Virus record (IMG/VR): IMGVR_UViG_3300042291_000957
Span: 1 to 64,000 of that record
Origin: a virus
DNA length: 64,000 nt
Strand: one strand, 5' to 3'
The notes below the pieces were generated by a model. The model saw only the letters and a program-made list of their open reading frames with translations. It was not told where the DNA came from and ran no database searches. Shown piece after piece: positions 9,283 to 16,272 of the stretch. Position numbers and translations under genes: made by a program. Numbering within the stretch: position 1 is the first letter of the stretch; every line of letters begins with the position of its first letter.

Positions 9283-9426
9283 ATGCAAAATACTAAAAGC
9301 AAATTAGACAGTTTAATGTTACAGTTACAAGCAGTGCTAGAACAAGCAGGACTAGACGAACACGAGCGCATACAAAATGCTTTTAATGCACTTGCAATAG
9401 AACTAGACGACACAATTATAGCATAA
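9283..9426 (+). CDS. 47-aa helical peptide (island gene 2; not in ORF track)
   Basis: promoter 9229-9257, RBS AAGGA; MQNTKSKLDSLMLQLQAVLEQAGLDEHERIQNAFNALAIELDDTIIA. Confidence 0.7.
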   Translation: MQNTKSKLDSLMLQLQAVLEQAGLDEHERIQNAFNALAIELDDTIIA

Positions 9427-9513
9427 CACTACAGCGCATAGGGTTATTGCGCACACACTTGACATTTTGGACAGTGTGTGCTATAATTAACACTTAGCAA
9501 CAAAGGAGTGTGT

Positions 9514-9735
9514 ATGCAAGTAGAAGTAGTGGACATTGAGGCGGATGGTTTTTACAAAGACGCTAATGTTAGCGGCAACTGCGTAAAGGTTACACTGCGC
9601 AAAGGCACAGAGGTTGCAAGCTGTAGGCAGATACTTATTTGGGATGAGGAGTACGCAGAGGACTGCTTTGAGGACTGGAAGGACTGCGCACTTGCAGGCG
9701 AAGAGGGATACACTTACACAGAAGGAGCGATATGA
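9514..9735 (+). CDS. acidic small protein (island gene 3)
   Basis: promoter 9459-9487, RBS AAGGAG; 17 D/E vs 6 K/R. Confidence 0.75.
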   Translation: MQVEVVDIEADGFYKDANVSGNCVKVTLRKGTEVASCRQILIWDEEYAEDCFEDWKDCALAGEEGYTYTEGAI

Positions 9736-9914
9736 AGACAGTTTTTGTAGTGCAAGCACAGGGCTTTGGAGATGACGAGGACGCTTTTGAGAACATTGCG
9801 GCGTTTAGTACACTGGCTCTGGCAGACGCACACATTGCGGAACTGCAAGCACAGGACGCAGAGGAAGACAACGAGTTTGTATACAATGTGGACGCAATAA
9901 CCCTGCAGGCCTAA
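9732..9914 (+). CDS. very acidic small protein (island gene 4)
   Basis: RBS AAGGAG, ATGA overlap; 13 D/E vs 1 K. Confidence 0.75.
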   Translation: MKTVFVVQAQGFGDDEDAFENIAAFSTLALADAHIAELQAQDAEEDNEFVYNVDAITLQA

Positions 9915-9986
9915 GGGCCTTTATATTTTGGTTGACAGATTGGCTAAAGTGCGCTATAATTAACACTTAGCAACAAAGGACGTACA

Positions 9987-10325
9987 ATGTACAAAGTTAA
10001 CGCAACACTAAACACAAACGGCAACGGCTATTGGAGCAGGACTGTAGCGGCTGTAGAGATTACACGACTGCAACTTGCGTACACTAACGACGAGTTGGAC
10101 TTTGGCGAACTGCGTGTTTATTTTAACACTGCAACTTGGGATGTAAACAAGCAGGGGCTTATATACACAGACAAGCAGTTTATGCGAGAGCTTAAAGAAC
10201 TGTTAACTAGCAAGGGCTTTGACGCTAGCGATGTAAGCTACAGCGAGCAGGGAATGCAAGGGGACAATTACGTTAGCTGTGACGTTGGCGAGCGTTTTAT
10301 TAATACGTTTATGCAACAGGCATAA
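9987..10325 (+). CDS. hypothetical protein (island gene 5)
   Basis: promoter 9932-9960, RBS AAGGA; GLIYTDKQF and YSEQGMQGDNYVSCD motifs. Confidence 0.8.
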   Translation: MYKVNATLNTNGNGYWSRTVAAVEITRLQLAYTNDELDFGELRVYFNTATWDVNKQGLIYTDKQFMRELKELLTSKGFDASDVSYSEQGMQGDNYVSCDVGERFINTFMQQA

Positions 10326-10418
10326 CAATAGGGGTGTAGGCCCCGCTGCTTAACGCCGGTTGACAGCTAGCCAAAACCCTGCTATAATACATTTACACTA
10401 ACACACTTTGGAGCCAAG

Positions 10419-10709
10419 ATGAACATCACCCAAATCAACACAGCGATCCTGCAAGGTGGCTGGACCAATGATCAACTGTCAAGTATGATCGATGCGGTCA
10501 AGTTCGCCCGAGCACGTCTCACAGAACAGACCAAACGAAACCTGCGTATCGGTGACAATGTCAACTTCAACAGCACCAAACTGGGCCAGAACGTCACCGG
10601 CGTTGTGATCAAGATTGCTATCAAGTTTGTGACTGTTAAGACAGTGTCAGGCCTGTGGCGAGTGCCGGCCAATATGCTTACAGTGATCGAAGACCGAGAA
10701 TATGCGTAA
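10419..10709 (+). CDS. hypothetical protein, SH3/KOW-like C-terminus
   Basis: promoter 10360-10388; LRIGDNVNF...TGVVIKI...WRVPANML. Confidence 0.75.
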   Translation: MNITQINTAILQGGWTNDQLSSMIDAVKFARARLTEQTKRNLRIGDNVNFNSTKLGQNVTGVVIKIAIKFVTVKTVSGLWRVPANMLTVIEDREYA

Positions 10710-10717
10710 ATAAACAT

Positions 10718-10960
10718 ATGAGCAGATTAGAATACTTTAACAGGCCCTTAGTGGCTTTTGATCCTTCCAAGAAAGAACATCGCGGTTTTTATGCAGAGTT
10801 CCTAAAGAAGGGCGGTTGGGGTCAATGTCCAGTAAGGTTCATTGTGCCCGAAGATTGTGGAGGAGACCTGATCTCAATGATTAAGAACAGTCTTATACAA
10901 TACTACATTGAACGAGAGTTTAATATCAAGGCCAGGGTAGGACGCCATTATGGAATTTGA
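10718..10960 (+). CDS. hypothetical protein
   Basis: TAAATA 10707-10712, then N5, then ATG. Confidence 0.65.
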   Translation: MSRLEYFNRPLVAFDPSKKEHRGFYAEFLKKGGWGQCPVRFIVPEDCGGDLISMIKNSLIQYYIEREFNIKARVGRHYGI

Positions 10961-11339
10961 TCTGTTGGCCTTCTTGATCGGCTGTGTGATTGGCGGCATC
11001 GTAGGTTGGCGAGTGTGTGATCGCTTTCATACCTCGCTGACCACAGACCTACTCAAGGCTGTGGGAGTTGGTGAGAGTCAGCTGAAAAAAGCCATAGAGA
11101 ATCTACAGGCCGAACTGCCGCAGGGCACTGAACCAGCACTACCTGGTGTAGAAGTTCGGGTTGAGTCTGTTGACAATCAACTGTATGTGTATCGTTTGGA
11201 CACTATGGAGTTCCTTTGCCAGGGTGCCACTAGGGATGACATCATCAACTGTTTGGCCACAAGGTTCCACAAGGATTTCAAGATTATAGTGAGTGAAGAG
11301 CACGGTGCGCAATATCTAAAACCCAACCCTACTGCCTAA
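10950..11339 (+). CDS. membrane-anchored hypothetical protein
   Basis: N-terminal hydrophobic helix. Confidence 0.7.
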   Translation: MEFDLLAFLIGCVIGGIVGWRVCDRFHTSLTTDLLKAVGVGESQLKKAIENLQAELPQGTEPALPGVEVRVESVDNQLYVYRLDTMEFLCQGATRDDIINCLATRFHKDFKIIVSEEHGAQYLKPNPTA

Positions 11340-11385
11340 AGGGGCTTTGATTGACAGTGTGTCAGAATGGTGCTATAATAAACAC

Positions 11386-11622
11386 ATGACATACAAAAAC
11401 ATAGACAACATATTGCAGTGGACAGGTGCCGTGGCCATTGTGCTGGGACACGCCTTCAACGCCATGGGACCAGTGATGTATCCTTGGAACATCATTGTGT
11501 TTGCCATAGGAACTGTGATGTTTTTGCTGTGGGCTCTGCGAGTAGGCAATCGGCCACAGCTGATGGTCAACGTGGTTTCGTTGGCCATAGGTATTTTGGG
11601 TCTTGTCAAGGCTATCAGTTGA
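11386..11622 (+). CDS. small polytopic membrane protein
   Basis: three hydrophobic segments; ATG follows TATAAT (11374-11379) after 6 nt, no RBS. Confidence 0.7.
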   Translation: MTYKNIDNILQWTGAVAIVLGHAFNAMGPVMYPWNIIVFAIGTVMFLLWALRVGNRPQLMVNVVSLAIGILGLVKAIS

Positions 11623-11656
11623 TATTTGTAAACCAAACCAGCACCAAAGGCGTTAT

Positions 11657-11878
11657 ATGATTACACTAGAAGGTTTAAGTCAGCAACAGGTACAGATCGC
11701 TGAAATGTTGTGGAAATGCAACAGTCTTGAAGATGTTGATAGGTTGGTTAGGAATATGCCGCCTACCTATCGTCAAGATGCTGTGGTTGTGAAAGAGCTG
11801 TTGATAGCCGCTGGTTTGGATGACTACCAAGAAACTGATCTAGCCGAAAGGGCTTTGGTTGACATCTTTGGGCGGTAA
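11657..11878 (+). CDS. hypothetical protein
   Basis: RBS AAGG, ATG 11657. Confidence 0.65.
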   Translation: MITLEGLSQQQVQIAEMLWKCNSLEDVDRLVRNMPPTYRQDAVVVKELLIAAGLDDYQETDLAERALVDIFGR

Positions 11879-11910
11879 TGTTACACTGTAAACACAGTAA
11901 GGAGAACGCA

Positions 11911-12264
11911 ATGAAGAAGTTTGTATTAGCAATCATGATCACGGTCAGTTCTATCGGTTCAGCACAGGCCTGGGGCGATCGCGAACAAGGCGCCCTGGCA
12001 GGCCTAATCGTAGGTGCCATCGCACACAGAGCCTTTAGCCAACCTCAGCAGACGGGCTATCCACCTGTTCAGCAAGGCTTCCCCCAGCAGATGCCTACTC
12101 AGCAGTATCCTGTCTACTCCCCACAGCCACAGATCATTGTACAGGCTCCGGACATAATCTATCAGCCACAGCCTATGCAACGGCAGTGCCATACCTTTCC
12201 ACAGTATGATGTCTACGGCCGCTTTCACGGCAACCGCACTGTGTGCCGTATGGTTCCTTACTGA
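11911..12264 (+). CDS. secreted Gln/Pro-rich protein with glycine-zipper-like segment
   Basis: signal peptide MKKFVLAIM...AQA, GALAGLIVGAI, QP-rich linker. Confidence 0.75.
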   Translation: MKKFVLAIMITVSSIGSAQAWGDREQGALAGLIVGAIAHRAFSQPQQTGYPPVQQGFPQQMPTQQYPVYSPQPQIIVQAPDIIYQPQPMQRQCHTFPQYDVYGRFHGNRTVCRMVPY

Positions 12265-12321
12265 TTGACTAGAATCACTTTTGGCGTTATAATTAACACT
12301 TAGACACACTAGGAGCGCGAT

Positions 12322-12435
12322 ATGTTAAAGCTGATTGGATTCTGCACAGTGATATGGGCCTTGTTCTACTTTGGCATTGCTCAGTTGGCAGCCATCTGGG
12401 GCATGGTGGCCTTGAGTTCTGTGGCTAGTCTGTGA
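12322..12435 (+). CDS. 37-aa membrane peptide (not in ORF track)
   Basis: promoter 12265-12293, RBS AGGAG, hydrophobic. Confidence 0.6.
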   Translation: MLKLIGFCTVIWALFYFGIAQLAAIWGMVALSSVASL

Positions 12436-12836
12436 TGCAGTATCACATAGAAGCTGGCGCTAAGACTCGCCAGTACATAGAAGCAGTCTTGCCCTCCATG
12501 CTCACACAGTTGGGACTGAACAGTAGCCGCAGACTGTTGGTCGTAAAGGTTGATCAAGATCTAGAAGAGATGGGCACCACAGTGCCGCTCACAGGTATAG
12601 ACACATTCCTGGTTGTGCTCAAGCCTACTCGCAACTGGGTGAACCTAGGAGTCACTTTGGCACACGAGTTGACTCACGTGGCGCAGTTTGCCAAAGGTCT
12701 ACTCAAACCCACAGCCAAGGGCAGGTTGTGGAAGGGCAAGCTCTACAAGAACAATCATCCTTATCTTGATCAACCCTGGGAAATACAGGCCTTTGCCAAG
12801 CAGGAAATCATATTCCGTAGGGCAATAGAGTTGTAA
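12435..12836 (+). CDS. zincin-like metallopeptidase
   Basis: LAHELTHVAQ (HExxH) and Y.DQPWEIQA. Confidence 0.8.
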   Translation: MQYHIEAGAKTRQYIEAVLPSMLTQLGLNSSRRLLVVKVDQDLEEMGTTVPLTGIDTFLVVLKPTRNWVNLGVTLAHELTHVAQFAKGLLKPTAKGRLWKGKLYKNNHPYLDQPWEIQAFAKQEIIFRRAIEL

Positions 12837-12917
12837 AAATACAACACCATTTTGGTTGACTGATTGGGCTAATGGCCGTATAATTAACACATACACACAA
12901 ACAAACAGGAACACACA

Positions 12918-13229
12918 ATGGCTAAACTGTTAATCACAACCCAGACATACGAGAACTACGGTGCCCACGATTGGGACGGTGTTGGCGAGTGCCCACAGTA
13001 CTGGAAAGCCAAGGGTGGTTCGGACTACGTGGTCAAGAACATCAACGTCAACAAGGTCACAGAGACCGTGATGGGTGTGCGTGGTCAGATCGAGTGCGAC
13101 AACTACGCTTTCCGCGAAACAATCATTGACTGGACTATCGTGGCTGACGATGCGCTCACAGAGTTTGAGCAGAGCCAGTTGGCTTACGAGGGCAAGATCC
13201 GTTATGGTTCTAAGGAGTTGGCATGGTAA
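12918..13229 (+). CDS. hypothetical protein
   Basis: promoter 12856-12884; ENYGAHDWDG...QYWKAKGG motif. Confidence 0.8.
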   Translation: MAKLLITTQTYENYGAHDWDGVGECPQYWKAKGGSDYVVKNINVNKVTETVMGVRGQIECDNYAFRETIIDWTIVADDALTEFEQSQLAYEGKIRYGSKELAW

Positions 13230-13360
13230 TTGAACAGGCTATTGTAAACCTAATCATAGTGTTTATCCCTGTAATCATTATGGGTATTGCTATCCTAGTG
13301 GTTGACGGATTGGACTAATGATCGTATAATAGATACATACAGACACAAAAGGAACACACG

Positions 13361-13444
13361 ATGACAGATACACAAATTATTGTAACAGTTCTAGTAGTAG
13401 CAGTTGTTTTTGCAGTTAAGGTATGGATTCTTACAAAGATCTAA
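13361..13444 (+). CDS. 27-aa single-TM peptide (not in ORF track)
   Basis: promoter 13302-13330, RBS AAGGA; MTDTQIIVTVLVVAVVFAVKVWILTKI. Confidence 0.6.
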   Translation: MTDTQIIVTVLVVAVVFAVKVWILTKI

Positions 13445-13514
13445 TACACTGACAGGTTAAAGGGTTATTATTTGTTTGGTTGACTGATTGGCAAATTGAA
13501 CATATAATAGATAC

Positions 13515-13838
13515 AAGAAGAAACAAAAAGCAAGGCGATCCTCAAATGTAAGAACCCAGCAGAAATGCAAGCAGGGTTGTAACTAAAGGATACGAAGCGA
13601 GTTTAGAGACTCGGTCTAAGCAGAACAGTTAGAAAAGAGTTAGAGGTTACCTACACCGTTAGGGACTGTAAAGAGAGAAGCGAAGGGGCACCTACGCAAT
13701 CTTACAGTCCAAGAAGGCAAGGCGAAAGCTGAGGTTGACGGATACGGTAGGAAGTAATGACCGGCACGGCCTGTGAGAGATGCGCTTACGGGTAGAGACA
13801 GAGAGTTGACAATGGTTCCTTTAATTCTTTTCTAACTG
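13515..13838 (+). ncRNA. putative large structured non-coding RNA
   Basis: own promoter 13480-13508, no ORF in the track; 21-bp closing helix 13626-13646/13818-13838, nested stems, three GNRA tetraloops. Confidence 0.75.
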
Positions 13839-13897
13839 GTTGACACCTAGCCCAAAAGAACATATAATAGATACATACAGACACAAAGGAGCACACA

Positions 13898-14056
13898 ATG
13901 ACTAATCAACTTACCGTAGCACAACTGATCCAACTCTTGCAAGCCATTCCTAACCAGAACGCTCGTGTAGATATGGCCATGAACCAAGAGTACCAAGATG
14001 CCGTTGAGGCTTCAGACATTAACGACTACGGCGATCTCGTTGTAATCGGCCAATAA
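13898..14056 (+). CDS. 52-aa hypothetical protein (not in ORF track)
   Basis: promoter 13840-13868, RBS AAGGAG; LTVAQLIQLLQAIP. Confidence 0.7.
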   Translation: MTNQLTVAQLIQLLQAIPNQNARVDMAMNQEYQDAVEASDINDYGDLVVIGQ

Positions 14057-14124
14057 CCCAGCGGTTGACTGGGTTATCGTTTGACAGTATAATAGACACA
14101 TACAAACACACTAGGGAACACAAA

Positions 14125-14508
14125 ATGGCCAAAGTAAATTATGACGCATTCCGCTCATTCGACATTAACGAATGCTGTGACCACTTTGACAGTGAGAAGC
14201 AGGCAAACTGGAAGAAGATTGGCAAGTTCATCGTAGCAGATGGACAAGACTACGCCCACATTATGGAGTCAGAATTCGACTTTGAAGACACAGGTGCAGG
14301 CGAGTACGAGGCCTTTGCCGCAGGCGTCAAGTATGCGCTCACAAAGATGAACATTGCATTTGAGGCAGCAGGTCTGGACTTGGAAGTTAAAGAAGCAGAT
14401 TTGGTAGAAAGCATGGGATACATGTTGGTACTTGCTGACGATGAGCCTGAGGACTTTGTGAAACGTGTTATGAAGAAGCCTGTGCTACACGTGGAAAGCT
14501 GGGTCTAA
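14125..14508 (+). CDS. acidic hypothetical protein
   Basis: promoter 14065-14093, RBS AGGGA, ATG 14125. Confidence 0.75.
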   Translation: MAKVNYDAFRSFDINECCDHFDSEKQANWKKIGKFIVADGQDYAHIMESEFDFEDTGAGEYEAFAAGVKYALTKMNIAFEAAGLDLEVKEADLVESMGYMLVLADDEPEDFVKRVMKKPVLHVESWV

Positions 14509-14745
14509 ATGGGTTGGGTAGTATACGATGAGCGCACAGGGCATATGGAGAAGTACTACAAGAAGGCTGCCACTGCCCGGCGCATAGTGACCCAGCACAA
14601 TACAGAACGCCAGTACGATGGATGGACCTATCAGCCAAGTAGGATGTGGGCCTGTTGCTCATACAGAGACTATGAAGGCATCCTACTGGGCCTCAAAGGT
14701 GAAGCACTCAAGATGTGGCAGTTTTGCAACACTCAACTTGGTTGA
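14509..14745 (+). CDS. hypothetical protein
   Basis: abuts upstream stop. Confidence 0.6.
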   Translation: MGWVVYDERTGHMEKYYKKAATARRIVTQHNTERQYDGWTYQPSRMWACCSYRDYEGILLGLKGEALKMWQFCNTQLG

Positions 14746-14800
14746 CTGATTGGCTATCCTTTGCTATAATAGACACATAGCAAGCAAAAAGGTAGCCAAA

Positions 14801-15280
14801 ATGATTAGACTGATTAGCACTGTAATTTTAGCGTTCACAGCATTCACAGCCCAGGCAGCTCAAGAACACATGGAGTTCAAGACAGCACAAGATTGCCAGG
14901 CTGTGTTTACAGGCTTCCACACACAGACCAAACAGCTGGGCTTGACACGCTATGATCACCAAGGTCAAGCCTACTTTGTCAAAGACGGTTATGTGGGCTA
15001 CTGGTCAGCTGGCAATGGCTGTGATCAAGCTGCCAAGTTGACTATGGAACCCGTGGCTGAATTCAAAGCACGATTTGCTGCCAACAACAAGGCACAGGCT
15101 GACGAAGCATTTTGCTCCAGCATGACCTGCAAGGTATTGGTAGGTACAGCGGTAGTGGTTGTACTGGCAGCGGCTCTTAAGGGTGGTGCCAATGTTGGCT
15201 GTGTTCTTCCTAGCGATCGTGCTAGTGATGGTAGCCGTTGCGGTAACCGTGCTAGTTCTGTGCGTCCAGGCGGTAAGTGA
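14801..15280 (+). CDS. secreted/membrane protein with Cys-rich C-terminus
   Basis: signal peptide ...AQA; TM segment; C..PSDRASDGSRCGNRAS. Confidence 0.7.
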   Translation: MIRLISTVILAFTAFTAQAAQEHMEFKTAQDCQAVFTGFHTQTKQLGLTRYDHQGQAYFVKDGYVGYWSAGNGCDQAAKLTMEPVAEFKARFAANNKAQADEAFCSSMTCKVLVGTAVVVVLAAALKGGANVGCVLPSDRASDGSRCGNRASSVRPGGK

Positions 15281-15339
15281 TTGGTTGACAAGTTATCCAA
15301 AAGACAGTATAATAAACACATACAAACAAAGGAGCACAT

Positions 15340-15561
15340 ATGTTTCATACAGACCAACAAGTAGAGTTCAAGCAGACACTGCGCAGGTTCACAGAAGCTG
15401 CCTACAACAACTATGGCGGTCACGCTTATGCCGCAGGCTACCTAGAGAGTATGGCTGTACAGATGCTGGCTGTAATGAGCAAGCGTGAACAGCAGGGCTT
15501 TATCCGTGCTATGCAAGACGCTGTTAAACAGCAACAGGCTCAAGCTAAGGAGCCAGTATGA
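15340..15561 (+). CDS. hypothetical protein
   Basis: promoter 15285-15313, RBS AAGGAG; YAAGYLES motif. Confidence 0.75.
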   Translation: MFHTDQQVEFKQTLRRFTEAAYNNYGGHAYAAGYLESMAVQMLAVMSKREQQGFIRAMQDAVKQQQAQAKEPV

Positions 15562-15758
15562 GCTACACAGTATTCAAACACAACCAAGAGTACGGGCCGC
15601 GCAAGGGACTAGAAGGCCCTTTTCACTACCCTAACGGACAGGTTCTGTACTATGATCCTAAGGCAGGTGAGTACTGGGATCCCCGTACAGACTTCTATGT
15701 GCCTCATGATGATGTCCATCGCCTTCAGAATTCAATCTTCGACTTGGTGAGAGGATGA
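15558..15758 (+). CDS. hypothetical protein
   Basis: GLEGPF...VLYYDPKAGEYWDP.TDFY motif; RBS AAGGAG. Confidence 0.75.
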   Translation: MSYTVFKHNQEYGPRKGLEGPFHYPNGQVLYYDPKAGEYWDPRTDFYVPHDDVHRLQNSIFDLVRG

Positions 15759-15883
15759 AGGTGAGGGGTAGGTTGGTGGTCGGTGACAGGTGGTGAGGGG
15801 TATAGGTTATAGTGTATACTATACTACTACTATTGTACTAGTGGTAGCAAATCACCACCTCAAAAGCAAAAGTACTCCACCCT

Positions 15884-16272
15884 AATTTTTTACGCAGCCT
15901 ATTTTTTATCCCTGTAGACCCATTTGGTACACAAACTATACTATGAATCACTCACTACATCACAGAGACATTGCAGGTGCCCATCTTAATCCTGGAGACC
16001 ACTGTCTAGTCACTGAGCACAATAGACTTATCCTAGCTAGAGTTGTTAAATGCTATGATGCCTCAAATGGCGTACAGCTACAGCCACTTAACAGCACAGC
16101 AGGTGGTCGTAGATCAAAGCCCAATCAAAAGCTGATCAGACGGGAGTGCTACAATGTATATCGTCTAGCGGACACTGAAATCACCATGAGCATACTGAGA
16201 GGCGCAGTATAAATCCCAGATCAAAAAAATTTGCGCAGGATTTTTTTATCACACTAGACCCATTTCGGTTCC
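15884..16272 (+). repeat. imperfect ~45-bp direct repeat pair
   Basis: AATTT..CGCAG..ATTTTTTATC....TAGACCCATTT.GGT at ~15884-15930 and ~16228-16272. Confidence 0.6.
15943..16212 (+). CDS. hypothetical protein
   Basis: ORF flanked by imperfect direct repeats. Confidence 0.55.
   Translation: MNHSLHHRDIAGAHLNPGDHCLVTEHNRLILARVVKCYDASNGVQLQPLNSTAGGRRSKPNQKLIRRECYNVYRLADTEITMSILRGAV

Larger units (their letters stand above)
8886..10340 (+). other. TC/CC-depleted compositional island
   Basis: manual count of 3 TC and 5 CC on the + strand in 1455 bp. Confidence 0.93.
34..15313 (+). promoter_or_regulatory. Array of 26 sigma70-type early promoters (TTGACN-17 bp-TATAAT-like)
   Basis: -35/-10 pairs with 17-bp spacers read directly at 34-62, 1564-1592, 1989-2017, 2472-2500, 3050-3078, 3177-3205, 4420-4448, 5777-5805, 6741-6769, 6988-7016, 8415-8443, 8895-8923, 9229-9257, 9459-9487, 9932-9960, 10360-10388, 11351-11379, 11859-11887, 12265-12293, 12856-12884, 13302-13330, 13480-13508, 13840-13868, 14065-14093, 14742-14770, 15285-15313. 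Confidence 0.92.

Noticed and set aside
9427-9443. CACT-for-CCCT operator variant as proof of CC avoidance
   Set aside because: It is suggestive, but a similar CACT...AGGG occurs outside the island (13447-13464), so it is not diagnostic.
8886-10340. UV-dimer avoidance or simple codon bias as the cause of TC/CC loss
   Set aside because: TT and CT remain, the template strand keeps many TC/CC/TT, and the depletion extends to intergenic DNA and codon junctions.
13515-13838. Group I/II intron, tmRNA, RNase P or tRNA identity for the structured RNA
   Set aside because: It interrupts no gene. ACAGTCC resembles a group I S element but is paired locally with GGACTGT. No domain V, tRNA-like ends or RNase P P4 motif was recognised.
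34-15313. Repeated intergenic modules as a CRISPR array or integron attC sites
   Set aside because: The repeats are degenerate promoters separated by whole genes of variable length. No cas or integrase gene and no attC-type structure was seen.
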